Origin: a virus
Lineage: Duplodnaviria > Caudoviricetes
DNA length: 64,000 bases
Strand: one strand, 5' to 3'
Virus record (IMG/VR): IMGVR_UViG_3300021399_003033
Location: 1 to 64,000 of that record
The position numbers and the translations under genes are program-made. The notes beneath the pieces are model-generated. The model saw nothing but the letters and a program-made list of their open reading frames with translations. It was not told the origin of the DNA and did not search any database. Below are positions 10,008 through 20,881 of this stretch, in pieces. Within the stretch, counting starts at the first letter, position 1. The number at the start of each line of letters is the position of its first letter.

Positions 10008-10888
10008 AATTTGAAAATACAAGAGTATATAATTTTGAAAATTCTTTTCGAGGAATGAGAAATCCAAAAAATAGCTGGGATTTAAGTGATAGTTATTTTA
10101 ATATTACTGATAATGAAGATGGAGAAATTCTTAAAGTCGCTAATGCTTGGATTCAACAAGATCACCCTGATTGGAATGGACATAATGAAGAACATAAAAA
10201 ATTTGTTGAATTACAAGATGAATATCTTAATTGGCTAATTACAAATGGTATTTTAAAAGAATCTAAAGACAAAGAATCTAAAGACCATGATTATAAAGAA
10301 GTTGCTTATATTGGACCTAAAGATATGCATTTAGCTTAGCTTTTAATTCGTTCTGGTCCAGAACATCGCAAATTTCTTCGTCAAATTTTTGTTTCTGTGG
10401 ATATAACTGCTCCACTCTATTGGTGGAAAGAAGCTGACACCTACAAGGTCGGAACAGTCGCGAACAGTACTTCTACAATGCATAAGCTTGCATCATATCC
10501 TATTACAGAAGAATGTTTTGAAATGGGAGATTATAATGGTGATTTAAAACCATATGAAGGTAATCCTATATGCTTAGATACTACTGTTAAAACTATTTGG
10601 AATAATCTTATAATTGATTGTGAAAATCTTCGCAGATGTTATAATGAAACGAAAGATATTCGCTATTGGAAAGAATTAGTACGACTTCTTCCAGAAAGTT
10701 GGCTACAAACTCGTACTATAACAATGAATTATGAAAATCTTCTTGCAATATGTTCTAAAGGACAAAGAAGAAATCATAAATTAATTGAGTGGAGAGAAGA
10801 TTTTATTAATTGGGCAAGGACTTTACCGTATGCAAACCAGTTAATTTTTATAGATGAACAAACTTCCCAAGATTTTACATTAAGTTGA
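10004..10888 (+). CDS. Divergent ThyX/Thy1-like flavoprotein, 294 aa (one TAG=Gln at 10337-10339)
   Basis: RGMRNPKNSW; after the TAG, EHRKFLRQIFVSVDITAPLYWWKEADTYKVGTVANSTSTMHKL; later LLPESWLQTRTITMNYENL...RRNHKLIEW. The motif order matches the ThyX fold, but the canonical RHRx7SxR is absent. Confidence 0.6.
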
Positions 10889-10913
10889 TTTTTTAATAAA
10901 AAAATGATATAAT
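10885..10913 (+). promoter_or_regulatory. sigmaA-type promoter (extended -10)
   Basis: TTGATT-17-TATAAT with TG. Confidence 0.75.
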
Positions 10914-10950
10914 ATATTTATAAAGTTAAGAAATAAAAAAGGAAAAAATT

Positions 10951-11316
10951 ATGACTAAGAAAGAAAAATTTATTGAATTAGTAGAAACAGGATTTAAAGC
11001 GATTAATATTGATTTAAATGATCCAGATCAAGCAGATGCAATGGCTTATTGGGAAGCTTTTAAGGGGAAAAAAGAAATTGAAAAGCCCGAATTTACCGAT
11101 AATGGTAAGTTGATTCTGAAATATCTTCAGGATCATGCTACTGATATTCCAATGGCAAAAGCAAAGGACATTGGAGAAGGATTGTTTGTTTCTTCAAGAG
11201 TTGTATCTGGAGCAATTAGAAAACTTGTAACAGATGGTTATGTGGAGAAGATTGGACAGGATCCAGTAGTATATGCAATTACAGAAAAAGGTAAAGAAGT
11301 AAAATTTGAAAATTAA
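10951..11316 (+). CDS. Winged-helix DNA-binding protein (121 aa)
   Basis: LILKYLQ...KAKDIGEGLFVSSRVVSGAIRKLVTDGYVEKIGQDPVVYAITEKG is a MarR-like wHTH pattern. Confidence 0.7.
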   Translation: MTKKEKFIELVETGFKAINIDLNDPDQADAMAYWEAFKGKKEIEKPEFTDNGKLILKYLQDHATDIPMAKAKDIGEGLFVSSRVVSGAIRKLVTDGYVEKIGQDPVVYAITEKGKEVKFEN

Positions 11317-11330
11317 GGAGAAAAAATAAT

Positions 11331-12290
11331 ATGAAAAAGACAATTAATAGAACACATGTATCTGGTCTTCTTTATGAACATGATTTACAGTTAAGAACAA
11401 CAGGACCGAATTCAAAAAAGCCAGGAACTACTTTTATTATGGGTACAGTTAGTATTCTTACTGATCCAGAAGGAGCAGCAACAAATGTAGTTCCGGTTCA
11501 TTTTACATATGTAACTGAAACAACTGCAAGCGGCGCAGCTAATAATACTTTTAAGATTCTTAATGATATTATTGGTGGCAAGTATATGAGTGTAACTGAA
11601 AATGGTGTTGATAAGGCATCTAAGTTTAGAATTGATTCCGCAATTGGTCTGAATGAATTTTTCTCAAATCGTAATGGACAGGAAGAGCTTGTTAGTGCGA
11701 AAAGAAATGAAGGTGGATTTATTCACGCAAGTAATGATCTTGAAGAAGATGTTAATACAAGAAACACTTTTGAAGTAGATATGCTTATTACAAGTGTAAT
11801 TCGCCAGGAGGAGAATCTTGAGCGTAATATTCCTGAAAGAGTTGTAATTAAGGGAGCTATTTTTGATTTTAGAAATGCTCTTCTTCCGACAGAATTTATT
11901 GCAACAAATCCAAATGCAATGGATTATTTTGAGAATCTTGGAGCATCAACTAAGGAACCAGTATTTACTCGAATTAGAGGTCGTCAGATTTCTTCAACAA
12001 CTGTTAGAAAGATTGAAGAGGAATCTGCTTTTGGTGAGACTTATGTAAGAGAAGTCCAGAATACCAGAAGAGAGTGGGTAGTAACTTGGGCACAGGGTGA
12101 GCCTTATCTTTTTGATGATGAGAGTACAATTACTGTAAAGGAACTTACTGATGCAATGGCTCAGAGAGAGATTACTGTAGCTGGCATTAAGCAGAGACAG
12201 GATGAGTATAATGCATCCAGAGCTAATGCTGCTGCAAAGCCTGCGGCCGCAGCTAATACGATGGCAAAAGTTGGAGATTTTAATTTCTAA
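11331..12290 (+). CDS. Putative single-stranded DNA-binding protein (tandem OB-fold-like), 319 aa
   Basis: Beta-rich N-terminus (INRTHVSGLL), low-complexity tail ending DFNF, located next to a Sak4-like annealase. Assignment is from context and pattern only. Confidence 0.5.
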   Translation: MKKTINRTHVSGLLYEHDLQLRTTGPNSKKPGTTFIMGTVSILTDPEGAATNVVPVHFTYVTETTASGAANNTFKILNDIIGGKYMSVTENGVDKASKFRIDSAIGLNEFFSNRNGQEELVSAKRNEGGFIHASNDLEEDVNTRNTFEVDMLITSVIRQEENLERNIPERVVIKGAIFDFRNALLPTEFIATNPNAMDYFENLGASTKEPVFTRIRGRQISSTTVRKIEEESAFGETYVREVQNTRREWVVTWAQGEPYLFDDESTITVKELTDAMAQREITVAGIKQRQDEYNASRANAAAKPAAAANTMAKVGDFNF

Positions 12291-12311
12291 TTAAAAATAT
12301 AATATATAAAT

Positions 12312-12340
12312 AGAGTAGATAATTTATTATCTACTCTTTA
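12312..12340 (+). terminator. Hairpin terminator
   Basis: AGAGTAGATAA / TTATCTACTCT inverted repeat. Confidence 0.6.
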
Positions 12341-12415
12341 CCATAAATATTAAAAAATAAAAAAGACTCGTGAAAGTAAGGATAAGGGTCTGTAAAGAAA
12401 GTGAGAAAATAAGAT

Positions 12416-13414
12416 ATGGCTATTGATTTATTAGGTATTCAGCCACACAAAGTAAGTAGAGATTTAAGTGGATATATTACATATATTTATGGTGCGCCCA
12501 AGACTGGTAAAACAACTTTGGCGACATAGATGCCAAATGCATTGCTTCTTGCATTTGAGAGAGGATATAATGCATTACCTGGAGTAATGGCTTAGGATAT
12601 TACCACTTGGGGTGAAATGAAACAGGTTTATAGAGAACTTAAAAAGCCTGCAGTAAAAAATGTTTATAAGAGTATTATTGTTGATACTGTTGATGAAGCT
12701 TCTGAGATGTGTCAGAAATATATTTGTCAGCAGAAAGGCATTGAATCTCTTGGAGATCTTGGATATGGAAAAGGATGGGGTGCTTTTAATACTGAATTTG
12801 CAGAGGTATTTAGAGGACTAACCCAGATGGGATATGCTGTATTTTTTATCGGACATGATAAAGAAGTTAATATTACTAACAATGATGGTAATGTTGAAAG
12901 AGTTGTAATTAGACCTCGTCTTAGTGGTAAAGCAAGCGTTATTATTAGTGGTATGGCAGATATTTATGGATATGCTCATCAGAAGAATAAAGGAGAAATG
13001 TCTGTTCTTACTCTTCGTTGCGGAGATGATTCTATTGAATGCGGCGGTCGCTTTAAGTATATTAAGAGCGAGTTTCCAATGAGTTATGAAAATCTTGTTA
13101 ATGCAGTATCTGAAGCCATTGATAAAGAAGCAGCAGAGTATGGCAATGAATATGTAACAGATGAAAAAGAAACTATTACTCAGAAGCCAGTTTATGATTT
13201 TGATGAATTGATGTCTGAATTCCAGGGGCTTGCTGGAGATATTATGACAGCAGATGCATCTAATTCAACTAAGATCACTGCAATTATTGAAAAATATCTT
13301 GGTAAGAAAAAGAAGATTGCTGAAGCAACCCCAGAACAGGTTGAAATGGTTTATCTCATTGTACAAGATTTAAGAGATCTAAGGGACAAAACGATGGATA
13401 TTAATAATATTTAA
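12416..13414 (+). CDS. Sak4-like/AAA_24 P-loop ATPase (ssDNA annealing), 332 aa (TAG=Gln at 12527 and 12593)
   Basis: The Walker A motif YGAPKTGKTT lies upstream of the two TAGs and in frame with Walker B IIVDTVD of the 12617 ORF; later FIGHDKE. Confidence 0.8.
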
Positions 13415-13419
13415 TTATA

Positions 13420-13462
13420 TAAAAAGCATTTTTTAAAGAGTTTTCTTTAAAAAATGCTTTTA
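13420..13462 (+). terminator. Hairpin terminator
   Basis: AAAAAGCATTTTTTAAAG / CTTTAAAAAATGCTTTT inverted repeat. Confidence 0.6.
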
Positions 13463-13551
13463 TTGATTTTATACAAAAATTTTGATATAATATTAATATA
13501 AATTATAAAAAATTAACAAAATTTGACAAAAAAATAATTTTATGATATAAT
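13463..13551 (+). promoter_or_regulatory. Two tandem sigmaA-type promoters for the helicase/primase operon
   Basis: TTGATT-17-TATAAT (13463-13491) and TTGACA-17-TATAAT (13523-13551), both with a TG extension, exactly 60 nt apart. Confidence 0.75.
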
Positions 13552-13588
13552 AATAATGAAATATTAACCAAAAAGAGGTTAAATCATT

Positions 13589-14113
13589 ATGGCTCATAGA
13601 GTAAAATGTTATTATTGTCAACAATTTTTTGATAGAGATAAAGAACCTACTGTTCAAGTTATGAGTAGAAGATATGCTCATAAATTATGTGCAGAAAAGG
13701 CTAAAACTCATGTTGAAGAAGTGTTAGATGATAAAGGACAATTAGAACAATATATTATGAAATTGTTTGGGGATGATTATGTTACGCCCCGAATAAGAAA
13801 ACAAATAAATGAATATGTAGATACTTATAATTTTACATATTCGGGAATATTAAAAGCATTAAAATATTTTTATGAAATAAAAGGTAATAATACAGAAAAA
13901 TCTAATAATGGAATAGGTATTGTTCCATATATTTATAAAGATGCTTTTAATTATTATTATCAAATATGGTTAGCTCAACAAAAAAATCAAGATTTTAAAA
14001 TTGAAGAGTATCATCCAGAAGAGATAGTAATAAAAATTCCGCGGCCAGAAAGACCAATAAAAAAACGTCAATTATTTACTTTTTTGGATGAGGGGGATGA
14101 TACGATAGAATGA
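13589..14113 (+). CDS. Zn-finger protein preceding the helicase (possible loader/initiator), 174 aa
   Basis: CYYC-x18-HKLC; ATGA overlap with dnaB. Confidence 0.55.
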   Translation: MAHRVKCYYCQQFFDRDKEPTVQVMSRRYAHKLCAEKAKTHVEEVLDDKGQLEQYIMKLFGDDYVTPRIRKQINEYVDTYNFTYSGILKALKYFYEIKGNNTEKSNNGIGIVPYIYKDAFNYYYQIWLAQQKNQDFKIEEYHPEEIVIKIPRPERPIKKRQLFTFLDEGDDTIE

Positions 14114-15654
14114 GTTCAAAATATGTGGACAATACAGCTATCATACAAGTAATTGGCGCAATCTATAATAATCCGAAACTACTTGATTTAACAGATAAAT
14201 ATATTATTACAGACCAAGATTTTGACAATCAATTTCATAGAATAGTATTTGGAGCAATTTATAAAATTCACGAATTAGGTGCAGAGAAAATAACAATTGA
14301 AAATATTTCAGATTTTTTATCAGATCGCCCAAAGTATGAAGCTATTTATAAAAGTAATAAAGGAAATGAGTGGATTTTAAAAATTGCTGAAAATTGTACT
14401 CCATTATCTTTTGATTATTATTATGGAAGATTAAAGAAAATGTCTTTACTTCGAGCATATGATAATTATGGAGTTAATGTTTCTGATATTTATGATCCTG
14501 ATAATATTTTGGATGTAAAAAAGAAACAAAAGCAAGAAGAGTGGTTAGATAACGCAAATCTTGATGATATTGCAAATTTAGTAGATGCAAAAATAGATAA
14601 TATTAGAATGCAATATGTTGATGATTCTTTTGGAGAATCTATTCCGGCAGGCACTAATATTAAAGGGTTAATTGATAAATTTAAAGAACATCCAGAAGTT
14701 GGAGTTCCTATGTATGGGCCTCTAATTAATACTGTTACTCGTGGAGCAAGATTGAAAAAGTTTTATTTGCGGTCAGCGCCTACTGGTGTAGGTAAGACTC
14801 GTTCAATGATTGCAGATGCTTGTTATATTGGATGTAATAAAATTTATGATGAAACTTTTGGATGGATTAAAAATGGTGTTGCAGAACCAGTTTTATATAT
14901 TACAACAGAACAAGAACTTGAAGAAATTCAAACAATGATGCTTGCTTTTTTATCTGCTGTAAATGAGGAACATATTATTAATGGAAAATATGAAGGTGAT
15001 GAAGAAGAAAGAGTTTTAAAAGCTGCTGAAATTCTTGAACAAAGTCCTATTTATATTGAGGAATTACCAGATTTTTCATTAAAAGATGTTGAAGATAGAA
15101 TTAAGAAAAATGTCAGAGAAAAAAATGTAAAATACATATGTCATGATTATATTCATACAAGTTTAAAAATTCTTGAAGAAATTACAAGACGTTCTGGCGG
15201 AGTTAAACTTCGTGAAGATAATATTTTGTTTATGTTGTCAACAAAATTAAAAGACATATGTAATCAATATGGAGTATTTATTCTTTCTAGTACTCAGCTG
15301 AATGGAGACTGGAAGGACGCAAAAATTCCAGATCAAAATTTACTTCGTGGTGCTAAGGCTATTGCAGATAAAATTGATTTAGGCGGAATTTTATTACCTG
15401 TAACAACTGATGATATAAAAGCATTAGAACCAATTTTAAATTCTAATATTTTTGCAAAGCCAACAATTAAATTGTCTATTTATAAAAATAGACGAGGTAG
15501 ATATAAAGGTGTAATTTTATGGTGTAAAGCAGATTTAGGTTGTTGTAGAATTCAGCCTATGTTTGCAACAACATATGATTATGAAATGATAGAAATTAAT
15601 AATACTAAAATAATGGTTGAAGAAGGAGCATTTTATAATGGAGAATAGAAATAA
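14110..15654 (+). CDS. dnaB: Replicative DnaB-like helicase (514 aa under code 15; its only TAG is 2 codons before the TAA)
   Basis: RSAPTGVGKT Walker A, ICHDYIH, STQLNG, LRGAKAIADKID, KNRRG. Confidence 0.88.
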
Positions 15655-15949
15655 TTTTATTAAAAATAGTGTAAAAAAGAACCTTGAAAAGAAGAATCAG
15701 AAGAGAAAGAAATCTTTTGTAAAAAGTCTTGATTTTGTAAAAGTAGAAAATGCAAAGTATTGGTATCCAGATGATCCTTATCTTGGAAAAAGATTTATTG
15801 AATATAAAATGCCAAAAGAAATTATTTTAGATCTTTTAAATAATAGAAATGATCTTGATAAAAATGTTGATTTTCAGAAATTTTTATGTGATTATGTAAA
15901 TAATGAATATGGTCTTAATGGATATTGTATTAGAGTAATAGAGGGATAA
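15638..15949 (+). CDS. Hypothetical protein (103 aa)
   Basis: ORF filling the dnaB-primase gap. Confidence 0.55.
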   Translation: MENRNNFIKNSVKKNLEKKNQKRKKSFVKSLDFVKVENAKYWYPDDPYLGKRFIEYKMPKEIILDLLNNRNDLDKNVDFQKFLCDYVNNEYGLNGYCIRVIEG

Positions 15950-15950
15950 A

Positions 15951-17054
15951 ATGATTGATTATAATAAGGTAAAAATAAAAGAAGCGTTAAATCTTGAAGA
16001 TATTTTTACCTTATTGACAGAATTTGGTGGAGAGCCAGAATATACAAATTTTGGTATTATCTCCACCACAATTTGTCATAATCCTCCAGGAGTAGGAAGT
16101 AGAAAATTATATTATTATATAAATAGTACAATGTTTACTTGTTATACTGGATGTAATGGTAGTTTTGATATTTTTGAATTAGTTTGTAAAGTTGCGAAAA
16201 TTCAATGGCAAGAAGAGTATGATTTAAATGCGGCGGTCCGTTGGGTTGCTCGCAGATTCGGAATCTCAGGTGATTCTATAGATGGTACTGATGAAGATGC
16301 ATTGCCTGATTGGAAAATTTTTGCAAATTATGATAAATTAAAAGAAATAAATAAAAACTACAATTTACAAGAACTTCCAGAATATAATAGTAATATATTG
16401 TCTATTTTTAATTATAAGGTAAAAATTGAACCTTGGTTAAAAGAGGGTATTACTCAAGAGGTTATTGAAAAAGCTCAAATTGGATATTATCCTGGAAAAG
16501 ATTAGATTACGATTCCACATTTTGATCAGGCTGGAAGATTCATTGGACTGCGTGGCCGCACACTTATAAAAGAAGATGCTGAAATTTATGGTAAATATAG
16601 ACCTATAACAATTAATCATAAATTATATAATCATCCTCTTGGATTAAATTTATATAGTTTAAATTGGAGTAAAGAAAATATAAAAGCTATTAAAAAAGTA
16701 ATTATATTTGAAAGTGAAAAATCTTGTCTTAAATATGCTTCATATTTTGGATGGGAAAATAATTTAAGTGTAGCTGTTTGTGGTTCTAATTTATCAGTAC
16801 ATCAAATGCAACTTTTATTAAATGATAACGTAGAAGAAATTATAATTGCATTTGATAAACAATTTCAAGAATTAAATACAGATGAAAGTAAACTATGGGA
16901 AAAAAAATTAACAAATATTTATGATAAATATCATAATGATGTTTTAATTACTTTTATGTGGGATAAATGGAATCTATTAGGATACAAAGATTCTCCGATT
17001 GACTGTGGGATGGATAATTTTTTATATTTATTTAAAAATCGAATAATTATATAA
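15951..17054 (+). CDS. dnaG: DnaG-type primase, 367 aa (one TAG=Gln at 16503-16505)
   Basis: N-terminal Zn-binding CHN...CYTGC; after the TAG, ITIPHFD...GLRGR and the TOPRIM motifs IFESEKS and IIIAFDKQ, in frame with the 16806 ORF. Confidence 0.88.
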
Positions 17055-17089
17055 GGAGGCGATTATGATGAAAGGAGGTTGAATTCAAT

Positions 17090-18859
17090 ATGGAATATCA
17101 ACTTAGAAAATCATTGCTCCCGCTTGAGTTTAATAGAAATTATAGTGCGGTAGAGCAGATTTTTATGAATAGGGGCATGTCCCCAGAAGAAACTTAGCAT
17201 TATTTATCAGTATCATAGCAAGATTTATTAGATCCAGAATTACTTGATCATATGAAAGATGGAGCTAGGATGTTAATAAAACACATTCAAGCTAATGATA
17301 AGATTTTTGTTTTAATAGATGTTGATTGTGATGGTATGACAAGTAGTGCTGCTTTAATTAATTATCTTAATATGTTATTTCCAGCATATACCTAGTCTCA
17401 TATAATTTATTATATGAATGAGGGAAAAATTCATGGAATTAATGCAGATACTGTTCCAGAAGATGTGAAAATGGTTATTTGTCCTGATTCCAGTAGCAAT
17501 AGTTATGAAGATCATAAAAAATTGCGCGAGCGGGGATGTGATGTTCTTGTTCTGGATCATCACCTCGCTGAACGAGAATCCGCAGACGCAATAATTATTA
17601 ATAATCAAATGTGCGACTATCCAAATAAAACACTTTCTGGTGTTGGGATCGTATATAAATTTTGTTCATATTTAGATTCTTTATTAGGAACTGAATATGC
17701 TAAGGAAATTTTAGATCTTACTGCTGTTGGAATTATTGCTGATATGATGGATTTAAGAAATTTTGAAACTCATTATATCATTACTCAAGGACTTTAGCAT
17801 TTCCGCAATCCATTTTTAAAAGAGCTTGCAGAACATAATGATTATAGTATTAGTAAAGCTGGGGGATTGCAACCATTCTCGGTAAGCTGGTATATTGCTC
17901 CTCAGATTAATGCTATTGTAAGATCTGGAACTACAGAAGAGCGTATGATTGTTTTTAAATCAATGCTTGAATTTAATTCATATGATTAGGTACTTTCAAC
18001 AAAGAGAGGATGTAAAGGATAGTATGAAGCATTAGTTACCTAGGCAGTCAGAACCTGTGTCAACGTCAAAAATCGTTAGACTAAGATTAGAGATTCTGTT
18101 TATACGACGATTGATAAAATTATTAAAGACAAAAATTTATTAAATAATAAAATTATTGCGGTTAAATTAGATAAAAATCATGAAATTGATAGAAATCTTG
18201 CTGGATTAGTTGCAAATGAATTTGTTGCAGAATATAATCATCCTGTATTGATTCTTATGGAAAACGATACAGATGAAGGTATTAACTGGGAGGGTTCAGG
18301 ACGCGGAACTAATACTACTGATTTTGATGATTTTAAAGGATTCCTTGATAATAGCGGTTTTATAAACTGGGCAGAGGGACACTCAAATGCAATGGGTGTT
18401 TCTATCTCAGATATTAACTTTGATAAATTTATTGAATATTCAAATAAAGAACTTGATAAATGTGATTTTAAAAAAGTTTATTTAGTAGATTTAATTTGGG
18501 ATTTCTTTAAATTTAAATCTCAAGATGTTATATCTATTGCTGATTTAAATAAAATATGGGGACAAGGAATTGAAAAACCTCTAATTGCAATAGAAAATAT
18601 TTAGGTAACAGAAAATAGTTTAACATTAATGTCTCCAAATAAAACCCCTACTTTAAAAATTAAATTGCCAAATGGAGTAGAATTAATTAAATTTGGTTCT
18701 TCGCAAGAAGAATTTGAATCATTACTACCTAATCCAGGAGGAAGTACAACTATTAATATTATTGGTACTTGTGATTTAAACGTTTGGAATGGTAATGTAA
18801 CTGGACAAATTAAAATTACAGATTATGAAATTATTGGTAGTAAAAAATATTACTTTTGA
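17090..18859 (+). CDS. recJ: RecJ-like DHH ssDNA exonuclease, 589 aa (9 TAG=Gln)
   Basis: DVDCDGMTS (motif I), ICPDS, LDHH, VGIIADMM, PQINAIVR, GSGR and EGHSNAMG (DHHA1) all lie in one frame interrupted only by TAG; ends in TGA. Confidence 0.9.
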
Positions 18860-18861
18860 TT

Positions 18862-18892
18862 AAAAAGGAGGTAAAACTATGCCTCCTTTTTT
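18862..18892 (+). terminator. Terminator-like hairpin that also sequesters an SD sequence
   Basis: AAAAAGGAGG-taaaactatg-CCTCCTTTTTT. Confidence 0.55.
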
Positions 18893-18969
18893 AGTTCGCA
18901 CGCCGGTGATGGGTCATGAGGACCGCCTTCCAAATCAAAAATACTTTTAGAAATTTTTGAAGCAAATAG

Positions 18970-18998
18970 TTGATTTTTTATAAAAAATATAATATAAT
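18970..18998 (+). promoter_or_regulatory. sigmaA-type promoter
   Basis: TTGATT-17-TATAAT. Confidence 0.72.
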
Positions 18999-19033
18999 AT
19001 AAATAGAGATATAAATTATAAGGAAGAATAAAT

Positions 19034-20218
19034 ATGATTCTTACTACTAAACAAGAACAAGGATTAAAAATAGCTGTTGAAAGACATAAAAATGGGGAAA
19101 AATATACGGTAATTTCTGGTTATGCAGGAACGGGAAAATCAACATTAGTTAGATTTATTATTTCTGCTTTAGATGTTGATGAAGGACGAGTATGTTATAC
19201 TGCTTTTACTGGAAAAGCAGCTGAAGTTCTTCGTAAAAAAGGTAATAAAAATGTTAGTACATTACATCGGCTTCTTTATGAATCAATTCCAAGAGAAGCA
19301 GGTGGCTTTTTTCGTAGAATTAAACCATCTATCCCATATGATATTGTTATTGTTGATGAATGTTCAATGGCTCCAAAAGAATTAATAGATATATTATTAA
19401 AACATAAAGTATATATTATTTTTCTTGGTGATCCATTTCAGTTACCTCCAATAGATAAAGAGAATGATAATCATTTATTAGATAATCCTCATGTTTTTCT
19501 TGATGAAATTATGCGGCAGGCTCAAGAATCTGAAATTATTAGATTAACTATGAAAATTCGTAATCAAGAGCCACTTTCTTTTGAAAGCAATGATACTGTA
19601 AAAATTCTTCATCATAAAGAATTAACTCAAGGAATGTATAGTTGGGCAGATCAAATTTTAACTGGAACTAATGCTACTAGAGCCAAAATAAATACAGAAA
19701 TGCGAGCTATGCTAGGAAAAGGAGCTGAACCAGAAGCAGGAGATAAAGTTATTTGTACTCGTAATTATTGGGAAGATTGTAGTATTTGCGGCGACCCATT
19801 AATTAATGGAAGTATTGGGTATCTTGTAAAACCTAGTAAGTCTAAAATATATTTGCCTTGGTTTTTAAGAAAAGAAAAAGAATATTTTGATGTTATAAAA
19901 ACAGAAATAGAAATGCCTGATACTGGAGATATTTATCCTTTATTAAATATTGATTATAATATGCTACAAAAAGAAATTAAATCGGCAGATTGGCGATTAG
20001 AATATAAATTAGGAAAAATGAAAAAACAATATGGGGATTTACTTCCGAAAGATTTTCTATATGCATATGCAATTACAGTACATAAAGCTCAAGGTAGTGA
20101 ATGGGATAAAGTTTTAGTATATGAAGAAAATTTTCCTTTTAATCGCACAGAACATGCGCGCTGGCTTTATACTGCCGCAACTCGAGCCGCAGATAAATTA
20201 GTTATTTTAAGGGAGTAA
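19034..20218 (+). CDS. RecD2/Dda-like SF1B helicase, 394 aa
   Basis: GYAGTGKST, AFTGKAA, STLHRLLY, VDECSM, GDPFQLPP, YAITVHKAQGSEW, LYTAATRA. No TAG. Confidence 0.88.
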   Translation: MILTTKQEQGLKIAVERHKNGEKYTVISGYAGTGKSTLVRFIISALDVDEGRVCYTAFTGKAAEVLRKKGNKNVSTLHRLLYESIPREAGGFFRRIKPSIPYDIVIVDECSMAPKELIDILLKHKVYIIFLGDPFQLPPIDKENDNHLLDNPHVFLDEIMRQAQESEIIRLTMKIRNQEPLSFESNDTVKILHHKELTQGMYSWADQILTGTNATRAKINTEMRAMLGKGAEPEAGDKVICTRNYWEDCSICGDPLINGSIGYLVKPSKSKIYLPWFLRKEKEYFDVIKTEIEMPDTGDIYPLLNIDYNMLQKEIKSADWRLEYKLGKMKKQYGDLLPKDFLYAYAITVHKAQGSEWDKVLVYEENFPFNRTEHARWLYTAATRAADKLVILRE

Positions 20219-20219
20219 T

Positions 20220-20804
20220 ATGAATATTGTTACTATTGATTTTGATATAATTATGGAACCAAGTATTAATTTATATAATGATAAAATAAATGATCAAAGA
20301 ACTGTTCTAGATTTATATAATGAATTTAATTGGTTACCAAATAGCATACCAGCAAATTTATATTTATATGAATATTTAACAAATTATATATTATGTTGTA
20401 AAAAAGCAAATGTTCCTATTCATTTTATAGATAGCCATGAAGAAATTATTCAATATATAAAAAATTATAAATTAATAAATTTAATTAATATAGATCATCA
20501 TCATGATTTAGGATATATAGATGAAGATATTCATAATAAAATTAAAAATCTTGATTGTGGAAATTGGGCTAAATATGGATTAGAATAGAATATAATAAAA
20601 AATTATATTTGGGTTAAAGATAAAAATTCTATAAAAAATAAAGAAGATATTAAATATAAATTTGAAAGTTATGAAATAAAAAATTATAATTTGGTAAATT
20701 TACATAAAGAAACTGATGAATTAATTATATGTTCTTCTTTTGAATGGATTCCAGCAATGTATCATCCATTATTTTCTGTATGGCAAGATATTGGTGAAGG
20801 TTAA
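20220..20804 (+). CDS. UPF0489-like (arginase/deacetylase-fold) metal-binding protein, 194 aa (one TAG=Gln)
   Basis: TIDFD, DSHEE, INIDHHHD, DCGNW; read-through to the TAA at 20802 adds CSSFEWIP. Confidence 0.55.
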
Positions 20805-20822
20805 ATGATACCTTCACCTTAT

Positions 20823-20851
20823 TTGATTTTTATATAAAAATATGATATAAT
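20823..20851 (+). promoter_or_regulatory. sigmaA-type promoter for dnaE (extended -10)
   Basis: TTGATT-17-TATAAT with TG. Confidence 0.75.
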
Positions 20852-20881
20852 ATTTATATAAAGAAAAAATATGAGGTAAAT

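Noticed and set aside
12345-12415. Riboswitch in the purine-rich leader of the Sak4-like gene
   Set aside because: Only a weak AGAC/GTCT pairing; no match to aptamer consensus sequences I know.
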